Origin: Chloroflexota bacterium
GTDB lineage: Bacteria; Chloroflexota; Anaerolineae; Promineifilales; Promineifilaceae
Direction: 5' to 3'
Assembly: GCA_024275635.1 (NCBI GenBank)
Contig: JAJRYT010000114.1
Location: 28,292 to 92,291, forward strand
Length of the DNA stretch: 64,000 nucleotides
This document shows positions 28,330 to 37,484 of the stretch, piece by piece. A program made the translations under genes and the position numbers. Under the pieces are notes generated by a model. It made no database searches. It saw only the letters and a list, made by a program, of their open reading frames with translations, and was not told the origin of the DNA. Numbering within the stretch: position 1 is the stretch's first letter; every line of letters starts with the position of its first letter.

Positions 28330-28902
28330 TTATGCATGCTGCGCGAGCGACTCAGCCAATCGTTCACGTAAAAATAGCCGCGCCCGGTGCAAGCGTACTT
28401 TAGCCGCGCTGATGGAAATGCCGGTGATGTCGGCCGTTTCCTGCGTAGATAACCCCTCAATTTCGCGCAAGATGAAAACCGCCTTGTGTTTCTCCGGCAG
28501 CGCCGTGATGGCCTTGTCCAGTTCCGCCTTGATTTCGGCCTCCGTCAACAGCCGCTCCGGCACATCCCGCCAGTCGGCCAGGATGACCGGCGCCGGTATG
28601 TCATCGTCATCCGCGGCAAAATCCAACATCATGGTCGGACGACGTTGCCGCAGGCGATCCATGGCCGCGTTATAGGCCACACGATACAGCCAGGTGCTAA
28701 TTTTGGCGCGCCCTTCAAACCGATCCAGCCGCTCAAATAAACGCAAGAAGCTCTCCTGCACCACGCCTTCAGCTTCCATGTCATCCTCAAGCAAACCGGC
28801 GGCCAGCCGGTACACTTTGTCCGAATAGCTTTCAAATAAGAAGGTGAATGCATCAGGATCGCGGCGGCGTAGGGTTGTAACGAGTTCTTGTTCAGAATAC
28901 AT
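28330..28902 (-). CDS. ECF-type RNA polymerase sigma factor
   Basis: Sigma-70 region 2 (FLFESYSDKVYRLA...VQESFLRLF..) and region 4 (ALPEKHKAVFILREIEGLSTQETADITGISISAAKVRLHRAR). Confidence 0.9.
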   Translation of the reverse strand: MYSEQELVTTLRRRDPDAFTFLFESYSDKVYRLAAGLLEDDMEAEGVVQESFLRLFERLDRFEGRAKISTWLYRVAYNAAMDRLRQRRPTMMLDFAADDDDIPAPVILADWRDVPERLLTEAEIKAELDKAITALPEKHKAVFILREIEGLSTQETADITGISISAAKVRLHRARLFLRERLAESLAQHA

Positions 28903-29203
28903 ATGCTTTTTCCTTTTGACGATGGTTGGGTCGTTTGGTTACATCGATTATCTTATGCAACGGCCGTTCCTGCTAATTCTATCCCCGTCTTCCTCAGCGC
29001 AAGATTATATACCAGATACTGCCCGCCACGACAACCGCCCATAAAGATAACGCGGACCAATTCGGGCGGCCATTCATCCAATCCGTCCGGCTTTGCGTAT
29101 GTATTGACAGATGGAGCAAAAAGATCGGATCTGTCAGCCCCATTCACCGGTGAAGTTTTAGATTTAATCCGTTTTAGCAAGTTCAAGCACAAGGAGACAA
29201 TAA

Positions 29204-29833
29204 ATGTTCAAGCAGAAAAGACAAACAGGCATCCTCATTTTACTGGTCATACTCATTGTTGCCGCAGTCACAGTCAGTGTGAACGCAGATTCCAAAGAAG
29301 TGGACATAGAACTGTTTGCCCCGCGCAGCGGCGATGTAGCCGGCGTAGGCAGCCGCGGCTTTTTAGTAGATTTGGCCGTCCGTTTTGAAGGCGACCTGGC
29401 CGCTACCGGCGCCGCTTTAGAACTGACCGGCCCGGCCGCCCACGCCAACACGCCGCCCCTTCCTGGCGATTTTGGCCCTGGCGCTGATCCCAGCTTCCCT
29501 GGCCTCATCGTTTTGCTATCATCCAGTAAAGTAGGCGCCGGCCCCGGCCAAAATTTGGCGAATTTGTTCAACATCGTGGCCGTCACCGACCGCAAGGATG
29601 ACGAAACGGAAATTTGGGCCGCCTGGATCATCGGCGCACCCAATCTGTTTGGTACAGTAGGCCAGATGGAAGAGTCGAAACTGCTGGTCGCCGTGGTGGA
29701 TGGCATGGCCCCCAGCGCTATCAGCGACATGGATGGCGATGGCGATTACGATAAGGATGACTTGGCGGCAATGGGGCTCACCATTCTCTCTGATGTGCGC
29801 GAGGTTGATTTTGTTGTGAACGGGTTTAATTAA
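29204..29833 (+). CDS. hypothetical secreted protein with C-terminal Asp-rich Ca-binding-like motif
   Basis: Signal-anchor ILILLVILIVAAVTVSVNA. C-terminal DMDGDGDYDKDDL. Sits between the two sigma modules. Confidence 0.6.
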   Translation: MFKQKRQTGILILLVILIVAAVTVSVNADSKEVDIELFAPRSGDVAGVGSRGFLVDLAVRFEGDLAATGAALELTGPAAHANTPPLPGDFGPGADPSFPGLIVLLSSSKVGAGPGQNLANLFNIVAVTDRKDDETEIWAAWIIGAPNLFGTVGQMEESKLLVAVVDGMAPSAISDMDGDGDYDKDDLAAMGLTILSDVREVDFVVNGFN

Positions 29834-29870
29834 GCGCAGAACCGGAGATTAATTAACGCGGTTGTGAATG

Positions 29871-29908
29871 GAGATTGAGAAATTAGCCAATGGCAATTTC
29901 TCAATCTT
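29871..29908. repeat. hairpin, GAGATTGAGAAATT family
   Basis: gagattgagaaatt / aatttctcaatct. Overlaps the ORF-track start of the next gene. Confidence 0.75.
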
Positions 29909-29922
29909 CAATTTATTTGTTG

Positions 29923-30576
29923 ATGACGCTTTCGCAAACAATTGGCGGCAACATCCCAACTCCTATAAAATTTCATGCTATTCGAGGCGATGAAAAGGAG
30001 TTGCAATCGGCGTTGGCTGTCACGGAGTTGGATGATTTTGCGCTCATACAACGAACGGCCCAAGGGGATGAGACCGCCCTGGGCGCATTGTATGATCGTT
30101 ACGGCCGTCTCGTTTTAAGCGTGGCTTATGGCGTGGTGCAAAATCGGGAAACGGCCGAAGAAGTGACGCTGGATATTTTCACCCGCGCCTGGGAAAAGGC
30201 ACACACGTATGACCCGCAGCAGGCAAAAGTAAGCACCTGGTTGACCCGCATGGCCCGCAACCGGGCCATTGACCGGCTGCGCCGGGAGAAGGTACGGCCG
30301 TTTCACCACAGTGTCCATTGGTCTGATGTAATCGCCGAACCGGTGACAGAAAGCAATCAGCCGGAAACGGCCGTTCATTTGAGCCTGGAACAACAGCGCG
30401 TGCGAGCAGCCGTCGCCAGCCTGCCGCCCGCGCAGCAAGAAGCGCTGGCCCTGGCCTATTTTCAAGGATACAGTCACAGCGAAATCGCCCAGGCGCTTGA
30501 CCAGCCGCTGGGCACAGTGAAGGGGCGCATTCGCGCCGGCATGCAAAAACTGCGGGCCTTGCTGGGAGATGGATAG
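29923..30576 (+). CDS. ECF-type RNA polymerase sigma factor (SigK-like)
   Basis: Region 2 (LYDRYGRLVLSVAYGVV...DIFTRAWEKA) and region 4 (LPPAQQEALALAYFQGYSHSEIAQALDQPLGTVKGRIR). The track start at 29890 lies inside a hairpin, so the ATG at 29923 is preferred. Confidence 0.85.
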   Translation: MTLSQTIGGNIPTPIKFHAIRGDEKELQSALAVTELDDFALIQRTAQGDETALGALYDRYGRLVLSVAYGVVQNRETAEEVTLDIFTRAWEKAHTYDPQQAKVSTWLTRMARNRAIDRLRREKVRPFHHSVHWSDVIAEPVTESNQPETAVHLSLEQQRVRAAVASLPPAQQEALALAYFQGYSHSEIAQALDQPLGTVKGRIRAGMQKLRALLGDG

Positions 30577-30685
30577 TAAGCATTCAATAGTTGATAGGCG
30601 CAATCTTGTGACGAAAGTAATGAAGAACCGTCCAATTAAATGGCGGCAGCGTATAATCAGTCAGAAATTCTTTTAGAGTAGCGCG

Positions 30686-31408
30686 ATGCACAACGAAAAT
30701 CATGACCACATCATAGAGTTGATACCGGCTTATGCCCTGGGTGTACTGGACGCCGATGAGTCGGCTGTGGTAATCCAGCACCTGGGGGGATGCACCGCCT
30801 GTCGGGCAGAGTTGGCCGCCTATGAATCCGTCGTGGACGCGCTGCCCCTGGCTGCACCACAGATTGATCCTTCGCCAGCTTTGAAGGAACGCTTGTTGGA
30901 ACAAATTCAGGCGTCGCCCGCGCCGAAAACGGCCGTTCCTCCCGCATCTCCCTGGCAGCGCTCCATCGCCGACTACATTCAGGAATTCCTGGCCGGGCCG
31001 CGCTGGCAGCCCGCGCTGGCGTTGGCAGTCATCGTTTTACTGGCCGGCGCCTTTTTCATCTGGCAGCAGGCCGGCCCCACCCCGCTCAATCAGGTTGAAC
31101 TTACGGCGACGGACGCGGCCCCGGACGCGCACGGCCTGATTGCGATTGCGGCTAACGGCCGTGACGCCACCCTCACCGTTGCCGGTCTGCCCGCCTTGCC
31201 CCCGGAAAAGCAGTACCAACTCTGGCTGATCGAAGACGGCCAGCGGGACAGCGGCGCTGTTTTCTCTGTCAACGCTGATGGCTCGGCAGATGTGACGGTT
31301 GATTCGGAACGGCCGTTAACCGAGTACAGCGCGTTTGGCGTCACCATCGAACCGGCCGGCGGCAGCCCCGGCCCGACCGGGGAGCGTGTTTTGGGTCATA
31401 ATCTGTAG
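30686..31408 (+). CDS. anti-sigma-K factor RskA-like
   Basis: N-terminal zf-HC2-like H..GC..C, a central TM helix, and a C-terminal RskA domain (YQLWLIEDGQ...AFGVTIEPAGGSPGPTG). Confidence 0.8.
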   Translation: MHNENHDHIIELIPAYALGVLDADESAVVIQHLGGCTACRAELAAYESVVDALPLAAPQIDPSPALKERLLEQIQASPAPKTAVPPASPWQRSIADYIQEFLAGPRWQPALALAVIVLLAGAFFIWQQAGPTPLNQVELTATDAAPDAHGLIAIAANGRDATLTVAGLPALPPEKQYQLWLIEDGQRDSGAVFSVNADGSADVTVDSERPLTEYSAFGVTIEPAGGSPGPTGERVLGHNL

Positions 31409-31494
31409 GCGCTAACAGCGCCTGTAGCGACAAAAAATTGTCGCTGTCCAATAGCTTATCAATGAAAATTTTGTTTTGTGTACAAGAATTTTTT

Positions 31495-31543
31495 GACACG
31501 AATTAGGATGGTTTTAATTCGTGCTATTCGTGAAATTCGTGTC
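31495..31543. repeat. hairpin, CACGAATT family
   Basis: gacacgaatt ... aattcgtg...aattcgtgtc. Confidence 0.75.
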
Positions 31544-31570
31544 GAAATCTTCTCTGGCTTGTCCAGGTCA

Positions 31571-31668
31571 GGCCATAGAACAAAAAAAGCGGCGCCGAGA
31601 CATCTCGACGCCGCTTTATTATCTATTCACTACTTTGAACCATGTCACTCCCCCCACTTTCCCATTTT
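31571..31668. repeat. copy B of the ~100-bp repeated element (includes the tRNA-Leu terminator)
   Basis: Aligns with 27429-27536: shared ggccatagaac, GC-rich hairpin, ctactttga and gtcactcccc blocks. Confidence 0.7.
31586..31618 (-). terminator. Rho-independent terminator downstream of tRNA-Leu
   Basis: Minus strand aaagcggcgtcgaga-tg-tctcggcgccgcttt followed by TTTTTTT. Confidence 0.65.
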
Positions 31669-31700
31669 GATGTTCCAGGGTAACTCATGTTAAAAGCGAA

Positions 31701-31785
<85 letters not shown>

Positions 31786-31856
31786 GGGGTATAGCGGCAT
31801 TTTACCAATTCAAAGCCAAAAGTCAACAAAAATCTAAAATAGGCTAAAATTAGCGC

Positions 31857-32423
31857 ATGAGCCAGACACCCATTTACACCATCGGCTACGGGGCGCGGGA
31901 TGTGGACGAATTCATTGCCGTCCTGAAAACATATCAGATCGCTTTTCTGATTGATGTGCGCTCCAAGCCTTATTCCCGGTACAAGCCGGATTTTTCTAAA
32001 CAAGCGTTGGCAAAGCATCTCCAAACCAACGACATTCGCTATGTGTTTATGGGGGATTTGTTGGGCGGACAACCGGATAACCTGGCTTGTTACACTAATG
32101 GCAAGGTAGATTATGATAAAGTGCGCCAACAGCCGTTTTTTCAGGCGGGAATCGGCCGTTTACAAACAGCCTGCCAGCAGAGCCGACGGGTGGCGCTTAT
32201 GTGCAGCGAAGGCAAGCCAGAACTATGTCATCGCAGCAAACTCATTGGCGAAACATTAACAAGCGCAGGCATTACCGTAACCCATATTGATGAGAAAAAT
32301 CAACTTACCACACAAGAAAACGTTATTTTACGCCTACACAAAGGACAGCCTAGTTTATTTAATGATTTTTTTCAATACACATCTCGAAAACGATATGTAA
32401 ATGACGACGAGGAGGGAGAATGA
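31857..32423 (+). CDS. DUF488 domain protein
   Basis: [36 protein letters not shown]...[10 protein letters not shown]...[15 protein letters not shown] is the DUF488 pattern. Confidence 0.8.
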   Translation: MSQTPIYTIGYGARDVDEFIAVLKTYQIAFLIDVRSKPYSRYKPDFSKQALAKHLQTNDIRYVFMGDLLGGQPDNLACYTNGKVDYDKVRQQPFFQAGIGRLQTACQQSRRVALMCSEGKPELCHRSKLIGETLTSAGITVTHIDEKNQLTTQENVILRLHKGQPSLFNDFFQYTSRKRYVNDDEEGE

Positions 32424-32905
32424 TCAAAATTGTGACGATTGGAGTCTATGGTTTTACTGAGGATGGGTTTTTCCAAGCCTTACAGAAAGCAAAGGTGGAT
32501 ACATTTTGCGATATCCGGCAGCGGCGCGGCGTGCGCGGCGCTAAATATGCGTTTGTCAACAGCAAACGGCTGCAAGAAAGATTGACCGAGTTGGGAATTC
32601 GTTACCTGCATCGCAAAGATTTAGCCCCGACAACGGCCGTTCGCCAACGTCAAAAAGAGGCCGACAAAGCTAACAAAACAGCTAAACGGCAGCGGACAGC
32701 CTTAGGATCGGCTTTCATCGCCGCTTACCAGGCAGAAATTCTGGCCGATTTCGCGCCGCAATCGCTGCTGGACGACTTGGATCCTGATACGCAAACCGTC
32801 GCCCTTTTCTGCGTAGAACGGGAACCGGCCGCCTGCCACCGTTCGTTAGTCGCCAATAAATTGCAGCGAGAGTTGGGTTTAGCAATGGAGCATATCGTGC
32901 CATGA
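32420..32905 (+). CDS. DUF488 domain protein (divergent second copy)
   Basis: [37 protein letters not shown]...[21 protein letters not shown] overlap with both neighbours. Confidence 0.75.
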   Translation: MIKIVTIGVYGFTEDGFFQALQKAKVDTFCDIRQRRGVRGAKYAFVNSKRLQERLTELGIRYLHRKDLAPTTAVRQRQKEADKANKTAKRQRTALGSAFIAAYQAEILADFAPQSLLDDLDPDTQTVALFCVEREPAACHRSLVANKLQRELGLAMEHIVP

Positions 32906-35811
32906 AAGTCGTCATTGTTGCTAAAACGAGGATGGGGAGCGGGGCTTGTGTTGGGGGAATCACGTTTGACGGCCGTTCCCTGCGCCTCATCACGCCCGAC
33001 ATGGATAGCCATGATCATTTCAACATGGAATATAACATCGGTGATGTGTGGGATGTAGATTTTACACCCGCCGCAAACCGTCCCGCCCCGCACACAGAAG
33101 ATGTAATCGTCCACAGTAAACGCAAACTTCCCCCCATTGACAATGTGGCGGAATTCATCGAATATCAAATGCTGCCTCAGGAAGGCGGGGCGACTGTGTT
33201 ATTCGACGGGTTGGCCCAGACCACTAAAGCAGGCGTTCAGTACATTGCCGAGCGCGCAGGGACACCCGCCTACAGCACAATGTTCTGGCGGCCCGACCAA
33301 CCTTTAACCCGCGACGATGACGCCAAACGCATTCGCTATCGCTACCCAACACCCGACGGCGGACGTACGCTGACTTTTGTCGGTTTCCAGGAGCCGTTGG
33401 CTGAGATTCCGGCGGGAACGCTGCTGCGCGTTTCTCTGGCGCATTGGTGGCGGCCCAAAGATATGCCCGACGGCGAACTGCGCTGCTACGTTCAGTTGTC
33501 CGGCTGGTATTTGCCGGAGAGTTTAGAAAATGAAGATTGGCAACCAGATATTGACGCCGACCAAATTCCAATCTCCAATCTCCAATTGCTAGTCTCTAAA
33601 CCGCGCACGCCGGTTCCCCTTGATCTCTCTACCGCCCAGTCCCTCCTCAAAAAAGTGTTTGGCTATGATGAATTCCGGTCGCTGCAGGCGGACATCATCC
33701 AAAATGCGCTGGACAAGCGGGACTCGCTGGTGATTATGCCCACCGGCAGCGGCAAATCATTGTGCTACCAGCTGCCGGCGCTCATGTTCCCCGGTCTCAC
33801 CGTTGTTGTGTCGCCGCTGATTTCGTTGATGGAGGATCAGGTGGCGCAGTTGCGGGAAGCGGGGGTAACGGCCGTTTACCTCAATAGCACGCTCTCTTAC
33901 GACCAATATCTGTACACTACCAACCAAATCCGATCCGGGGCCGTCAACCTGCTCTACGCCGCCCCCGAAACCCTGATGCGCCCCGAAACCTTGCTGCTGC
34001 TGGAACAAAGCCGGGTGGACTGCCTGACCATTGATGAAGCCCACTGCATCTCCGCCTGGGGACACGATTTCCGGCCTGAGTACCGCCAGTTAGTCGAACT
34101 GCGCCGCCGTCTGCCCGACGCCGTCTGCCTGGCCGCCACCGCCACCGCCACCGACCGTGTGCGCCAGGACATCAAAACCTCGTTGGGCATTCCCGCCGCC
34201 GGAGAATTTATTGCCAGCTTCAACCGCGAGAACCTGTTCCTGGCCGTCGAACCCAAAACGGCCGGTCTGCGGCAAACGTTGGCCTTCCTGGACGCCCATC
34301 GAGACCAAGCGGGTATCATCTACTGCGCCACCCGCAAACAGGTGGACGCGCTGACGAATGACCTGGCGGCGAACGGCTGGCCGGTTTTGCCCTATCATGC
34401 CGGACTGGATGCCGGGACGCGCCAACGTAACCAGCGCCGCTTCACGCATGAGGAAGCGGTGGTGATGGTCGCCACAATCGCCTTTGGTATGGGCATTGAC
34501 AAATCAAACGTGCGCTTTATTTTGCATTACGACCTGCCCAAAAATCTGGAAAGTTATTACCAGCAAATTGGCCGCGCCGGGCGCGATGGCCTGCCCGCCG
34601 ACTGCCTGCTCCTGTTCAGCTACAGCGATGTGCAGACGATCAATTATTTCATCATGCAAGCCGCGCCTGACCAGCAAATCGGGGCGCGGATGCGGCTGGA
34701 GGCGATGCTGCGTTTTGTGGAGACGAATGTGTGCCGGATACGGCCGTTACTGGCCTATTTTGGCGAAACCTACGCGACCGAAAACTGCCAAACCTGCGAC
34801 AACTGCACCGCTGAAGCGGAAGATTTAACCGATTTGACCATCCCGGCGCAAAAATTCCTCTCCTGCATCAAACGCACCGGCGAACTGTTCGGCGTCAGCC
34901 ACATCATTGACGTGCTGCGCGGCTCCCAATCGCAAAAAGTGTTACAGCGGCGGCATGACCGGCTTTCCACCTACAACATTGGCCGCGAATTTTCCAAGAA
35001 GGAGTGGCAGCATTTGTCGCGCCAATTCATCCAGCAGGGGTTGATTGCGCAGGACATGGAACATGGCAGCCTGAAACTGACCCCCCAAGCGTATGCCGTC
35101 TTCAAAGGGGAAAAGGTGATGGGGGTTCTGCCAAAGCGGGAAACGGCCGTCGCCCACACCCAAGCCCCCCTCGCCCACGACCCGGTTCTGTTTGGCCTGC
35201 TGCGCCAGAAACGCACCGAACTGGCTGCCGCTGCCGGTGTACCGCCCTATGTCATCTTCTCTGATCGTTCCTTAGTGGAGATGGCCGCCTACTTCCCGCA
35301 ATCGCGGCCGAATTTCGGCGGCATGTACGGCGTCGGTCAGGCTAAATTGGAAAAGTACACGGACGAATTTTTACCCATCATCCAGGCCTACTGCCGGGAA
35401 CATGACATCGCCGAAAAACCAAAGGGGGGCGGGGCCGTATCGCCCGCCTGCCGCATCGTGACCGGCCTCAAAGGGCGCACGGAAGCAGTCATCGAGGCGT
35501 ACAATGCCGGGCATGCCATCCCCGACATTGCCGCCGATTTGGGGGTAAAGACGGGGACGGTGTTAGGCCATTTATGGAAAGGGGTACAGGCGGAACGGCC
35601 GTTACGCGCCGACGGCCTGCTTCAACTTTCCCAACTCGCCGCGGAAGAACAACAGCGTGTCCTGGACGCTTTCGCCGAACTGGGAACTGATTTCTTGCGT
35701 CCGGTGTTTGAAGCGATGGGGGAAACAGTCAGCTACGATGAGTTGAAAATTTTGCGGTTGGTTACGGCCGTGATGAATAATAACCCACATACAGAAGATA
35801 GAAGTAATTGA
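32902..35811 (+). CDS. recQ: RecQ-family DNA helicase with a ~205-aa uncharacterised N-terminal domain and C-terminal HRDC plus helix-turn-helix-like tail
   Basis: FGYDEFRSLQ...MPTGSGKSLCYQLPAL...DEAHCISAWGHDFRPEY...ATATA...VATIAFGMGIDK...QQIGRAGRDG, a Zn-binding Cys cluster, RQC and HRDC (ELAAAAGVPPYVIFSDRSL). Confidence 0.9.
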   Translation: MKVVIVAKTRMGSGACVGGITFDGRSLRLITPDMDSHDHFNMEYNIGDVWDVDFTPAANRPAPHTEDVIVHSKRKLPPIDNVAEFIEYQMLPQEGGATVLFDGLAQTTKAGVQYIAERAGTPAYSTMFWRPDQPLTRDDDAKRIRYRYPTPDGGRTLTFVGFQEPLAEIPAGTLLRVSLAHWWRPKDMPDGELRCYVQLSGWYLPESLENEDWQPDIDADQIPISNLQLLVSKPRTPVPLDLSTAQSLLKKVFGYDEFRSLQADIIQNALDKRDSLVIMPTGSGKSLCYQLPALMFPGLTVVVSPLISLMEDQVAQLREAGVTAVYLNSTLSYDQYLYTTNQIRSGAVNLLYAAPETLMRPETLLLLEQSRVDCLTIDEAHCISAWGHDFRPEYRQLVELRRRLPDAVCLAATATATDRVRQDIKTSLGIPAAGEFIASFNRENLFLAVEPKTAGLRQTLAFLDAHRDQAGIIYCATRKQVDALTNDLAANGWPVLPYHAGLDAGTRQRNQRRFTHEEAVVMVATIAFGMGIDKSNVRFILHYDLPKNLESYYQQIGRAGRDGLPADCLLLFSYSDVQTINYFIMQAAPDQQIGARMRLEAMLRFVETNVCRIRPLLAYFGETYATENCQTCDNCTAEAEDLTDLTIPAQKFLSCIKRTGELFGVSHIIDVLRGSQSQKVLQRRHDRLSTYNIGREFSKKEWQHLSRQFIQQGLIAQDMEHGSLKLTPQAYAVFKGEKVMGVLPKRETAVAHTQAPLAHDPVLFGLLRQKRTELAAAAGVPPYVIFSDRSLVEMAAYFPQSRPNFGGMYGVGQAKLEKYTDEFLPIIQAYCREHDIAEKPKGGGAVSPACRIVTGLKGRTEAVIEAYNAGHAIPDIAADLGVKTGTVLGHLWKGVQAERPLRADGLLQLSQLAAEEQQRVLDAFAELGTDFLRPVFEAMGETVSYDELKILRLVTAVMNNNPHTEDRSN
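33567..33597. repeat. GGAGACT-family heptamer tract embedded in-frame inside recQ (domain linker)
   Basis: ttccaatctccaatctccaattgctagtctct encodes IPISNLQLLVS between the N-terminal extra domain and the helicase core. Confidence 0.75.
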
Positions 35812-35838
35812 ATCGAGTAATTACCAAATTACTCGATT
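35811..35838. terminator. 12-bp perfect hairpin starting at the last base of the recQ stop codon
   Basis: aatcgagtaatt-acca-aattactcgatt. No T-run. Confidence 0.45.
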
Positions 35839-35977
35839 ACTAAATTGTATTGTGTCATAAAACTATCAGTTGGATAAACGCGGTTTTCACCACGCAGAAA
35901 TTATGCCCGGAGGGTAAGGTTGTAATCTTTCACGTCGTCTTTATGGAAGGTGAATCATTTCTGAAAGGAGAACAACC

Positions 35978-36721
35978 GTGACAATGAAACAAAGCTACTA
36001 TTTTGAGCCAACACCGCGCTGGATCCGGGCAAAATTTGGCGGCAAGATTATTGCCGACAGCAAACGCGCCTTATTGGTTTGGGAGGGCGGCGGGCCGCGT
36101 ATCCATTACTATTTCCCGCAGCAAGATGTGTGCATGGATTATTTGCATGAGACGGGACGCAGCGGCCTGAAACGGCAATCGTGGCACGTAAAGGTTGGTG
36201 ATCAGATAGCCGAAAATGCAGCCTGGAGCCATCTTGAACCTCGTGAAGAATTGAAGGGCATTGAAGGGTATGTGGCTTTCCGTTGGAGCAAACTAGACCA
36301 TTGGTATGAGGAAGAGGAAGAACTGTTTGTTCATCCGCGTGACCCGTATCACCGGGTTGATACTTTGCCTAGTTCCCGCCATATCAAAGTGGTGGTAGAT
36401 GGCGTAACGGTAGCGGAGACAACACGGCCGTTTCTTCTCTTTGAAACCGGCTTACCAACACGTTATTATATCCCCCCCGAAGATGTAAGACAGGAGTTGT
36501 TGGAACCGACAAACACCCAGACCAGTTGCCCTTATAAAGGCATTGCCTCTTATTGGTCGGTAAAAGCAGGCGACCAGGTGCATAAAGATATTGTTTGGAG
36601 CTACCCGGAACCCATCGTCGAAATTCCCAAAATTAAAGGTTTGCTGAGCTTTTACAATGAAAAAGTAGCCATTTATGTGGATGGCGAACTGGAACATATA
36701 ACGGATTCTCCCTTTGCCTAA
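35978..36721 (+). CDS. DUF427 domain protein (two DUF427 repeats)
   Basis: IRAKFGGKIIADSKRALLVWE...YYFPQQDV... and a second copy VVDGVTVAETTRPFLLFETGLPTRYYIPPEDV...CPYKGIASYWS. Confidence 0.75.
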   Translation: MTMKQSYYFEPTPRWIRAKFGGKIIADSKRALLVWEGGGPRIHYYFPQQDVCMDYLHETGRSGLKRQSWHVKVGDQIAENAAWSHLEPREELKGIEGYVAFRWSKLDHWYEEEEELFVHPRDPYHRVDTLPSSRHIKVVVDGVTVAETTRPFLLFETGLPTRYYIPPEDVRQELLEPTNTQTSCPYKGIASYWSVKAGDQVHKDIVWSYPEPIVEIPKIKGLLSFYNEKVAIYVDGELEHITDSPFA

Positions 36722-37484
36722 AAAAATTGGCTTTTGGCTGTTCTTCATTTTATTTTTGGCGGCCTGCCGTTCGGCAGCCATTGAACCGGGAACGGCCGTT
36801 AATACGAATTTAGACACGGCCGTTCCTGTCGCTGCCCCACTGGAGAAACCGATCATGCGTTATGAAACGATGACCTTGTTCGCTGGAACGACCGTCCGCT
36901 ATGCTATCGTTTTGCCGGCCGGATTTACCCCCGAACAGCCCTATCCCACGCTGCTGGCGCTGCCACCGGGCGGGCAAACACAGCCAATGGTGGAAGCCGG
37001 TCTGGGCTATTGGCAGGCCGAAGGGCAAAAACGGGGCTGGGTGGTAGTCAGCCCCATCGCGCCGGACAGCGTGCTGTTTTTCCAGGGATCGGAAGCGCTG
37101 CTGCCAGAGTTTATGGATGGGATTGCGGCGCGGGTTCGAGTGGAGAACGGCCGTTTCCACCTGGCCGGAGTCAGCAACGGCGGCATCAGCGCCTTTCGCA
37201 TTGCCCTCAACGAGCCAGAGCGGTTCCAATCAATGCTGGTCGTGCCTGGCTTACCGGGGACAGATGACGACTTTGCCCGACTCGACAGGTTGGTAGACCT
37301 GCCCATCGCCATGTTTGTGGGTGAAAATGATACAACCTGGCTGGTCCGGATGCAGGCCACGAAAGAGGAGTTACGCCGGTTAGGAGCTGATGTATCATTG
37401 GAAATTGTGCCTGGCGAAGGTCATGTCATTCAGAGCCTGGGAGATGGGGCGCGCTTTTTTGACTTTTTCGATTCCCATCGCTGA
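36714..37484 (+). CDS. secreted alpha/beta hydrolase (esterase/PHB-depolymerase-like)
   Basis: Lipobox-like FILFLAAC. Nucleophile elbow LAGVSNGG. C-terminal ...PGEGH catalytic His context. TTG start. Confidence 0.65.
   Translation: MPKKIGFWLFFILFLAACRSAAIEPGTAVNTNLDTAVPVAAPLEKPIMRYETMTLFAGTTVRYAIVLPAGFTPEQPYPTLLALPPGGQTQPMVEAGLGYWQAEGQKRGWVVVSPIAPDSVLFFQGSEALLPEFMDGIAARVRVENGRFHLAGVSNGGISAFRIALNEPERFQSMLVVPGLPGTDDDFARLDRLVDLPIAMFVGENDTTWLVRMQATKEELRRLGADVSLEIVPGEGHVIQSLGDGARFFDFFDSHR

Noticed and set aside
28918-28942. ECF-type promoter as a stand-alone annotated feature
   Set aside because: The GTAACC-N15-TCGTC match is a single weak hit without a second example in the window. It is mentioned only inside the ECF finding.
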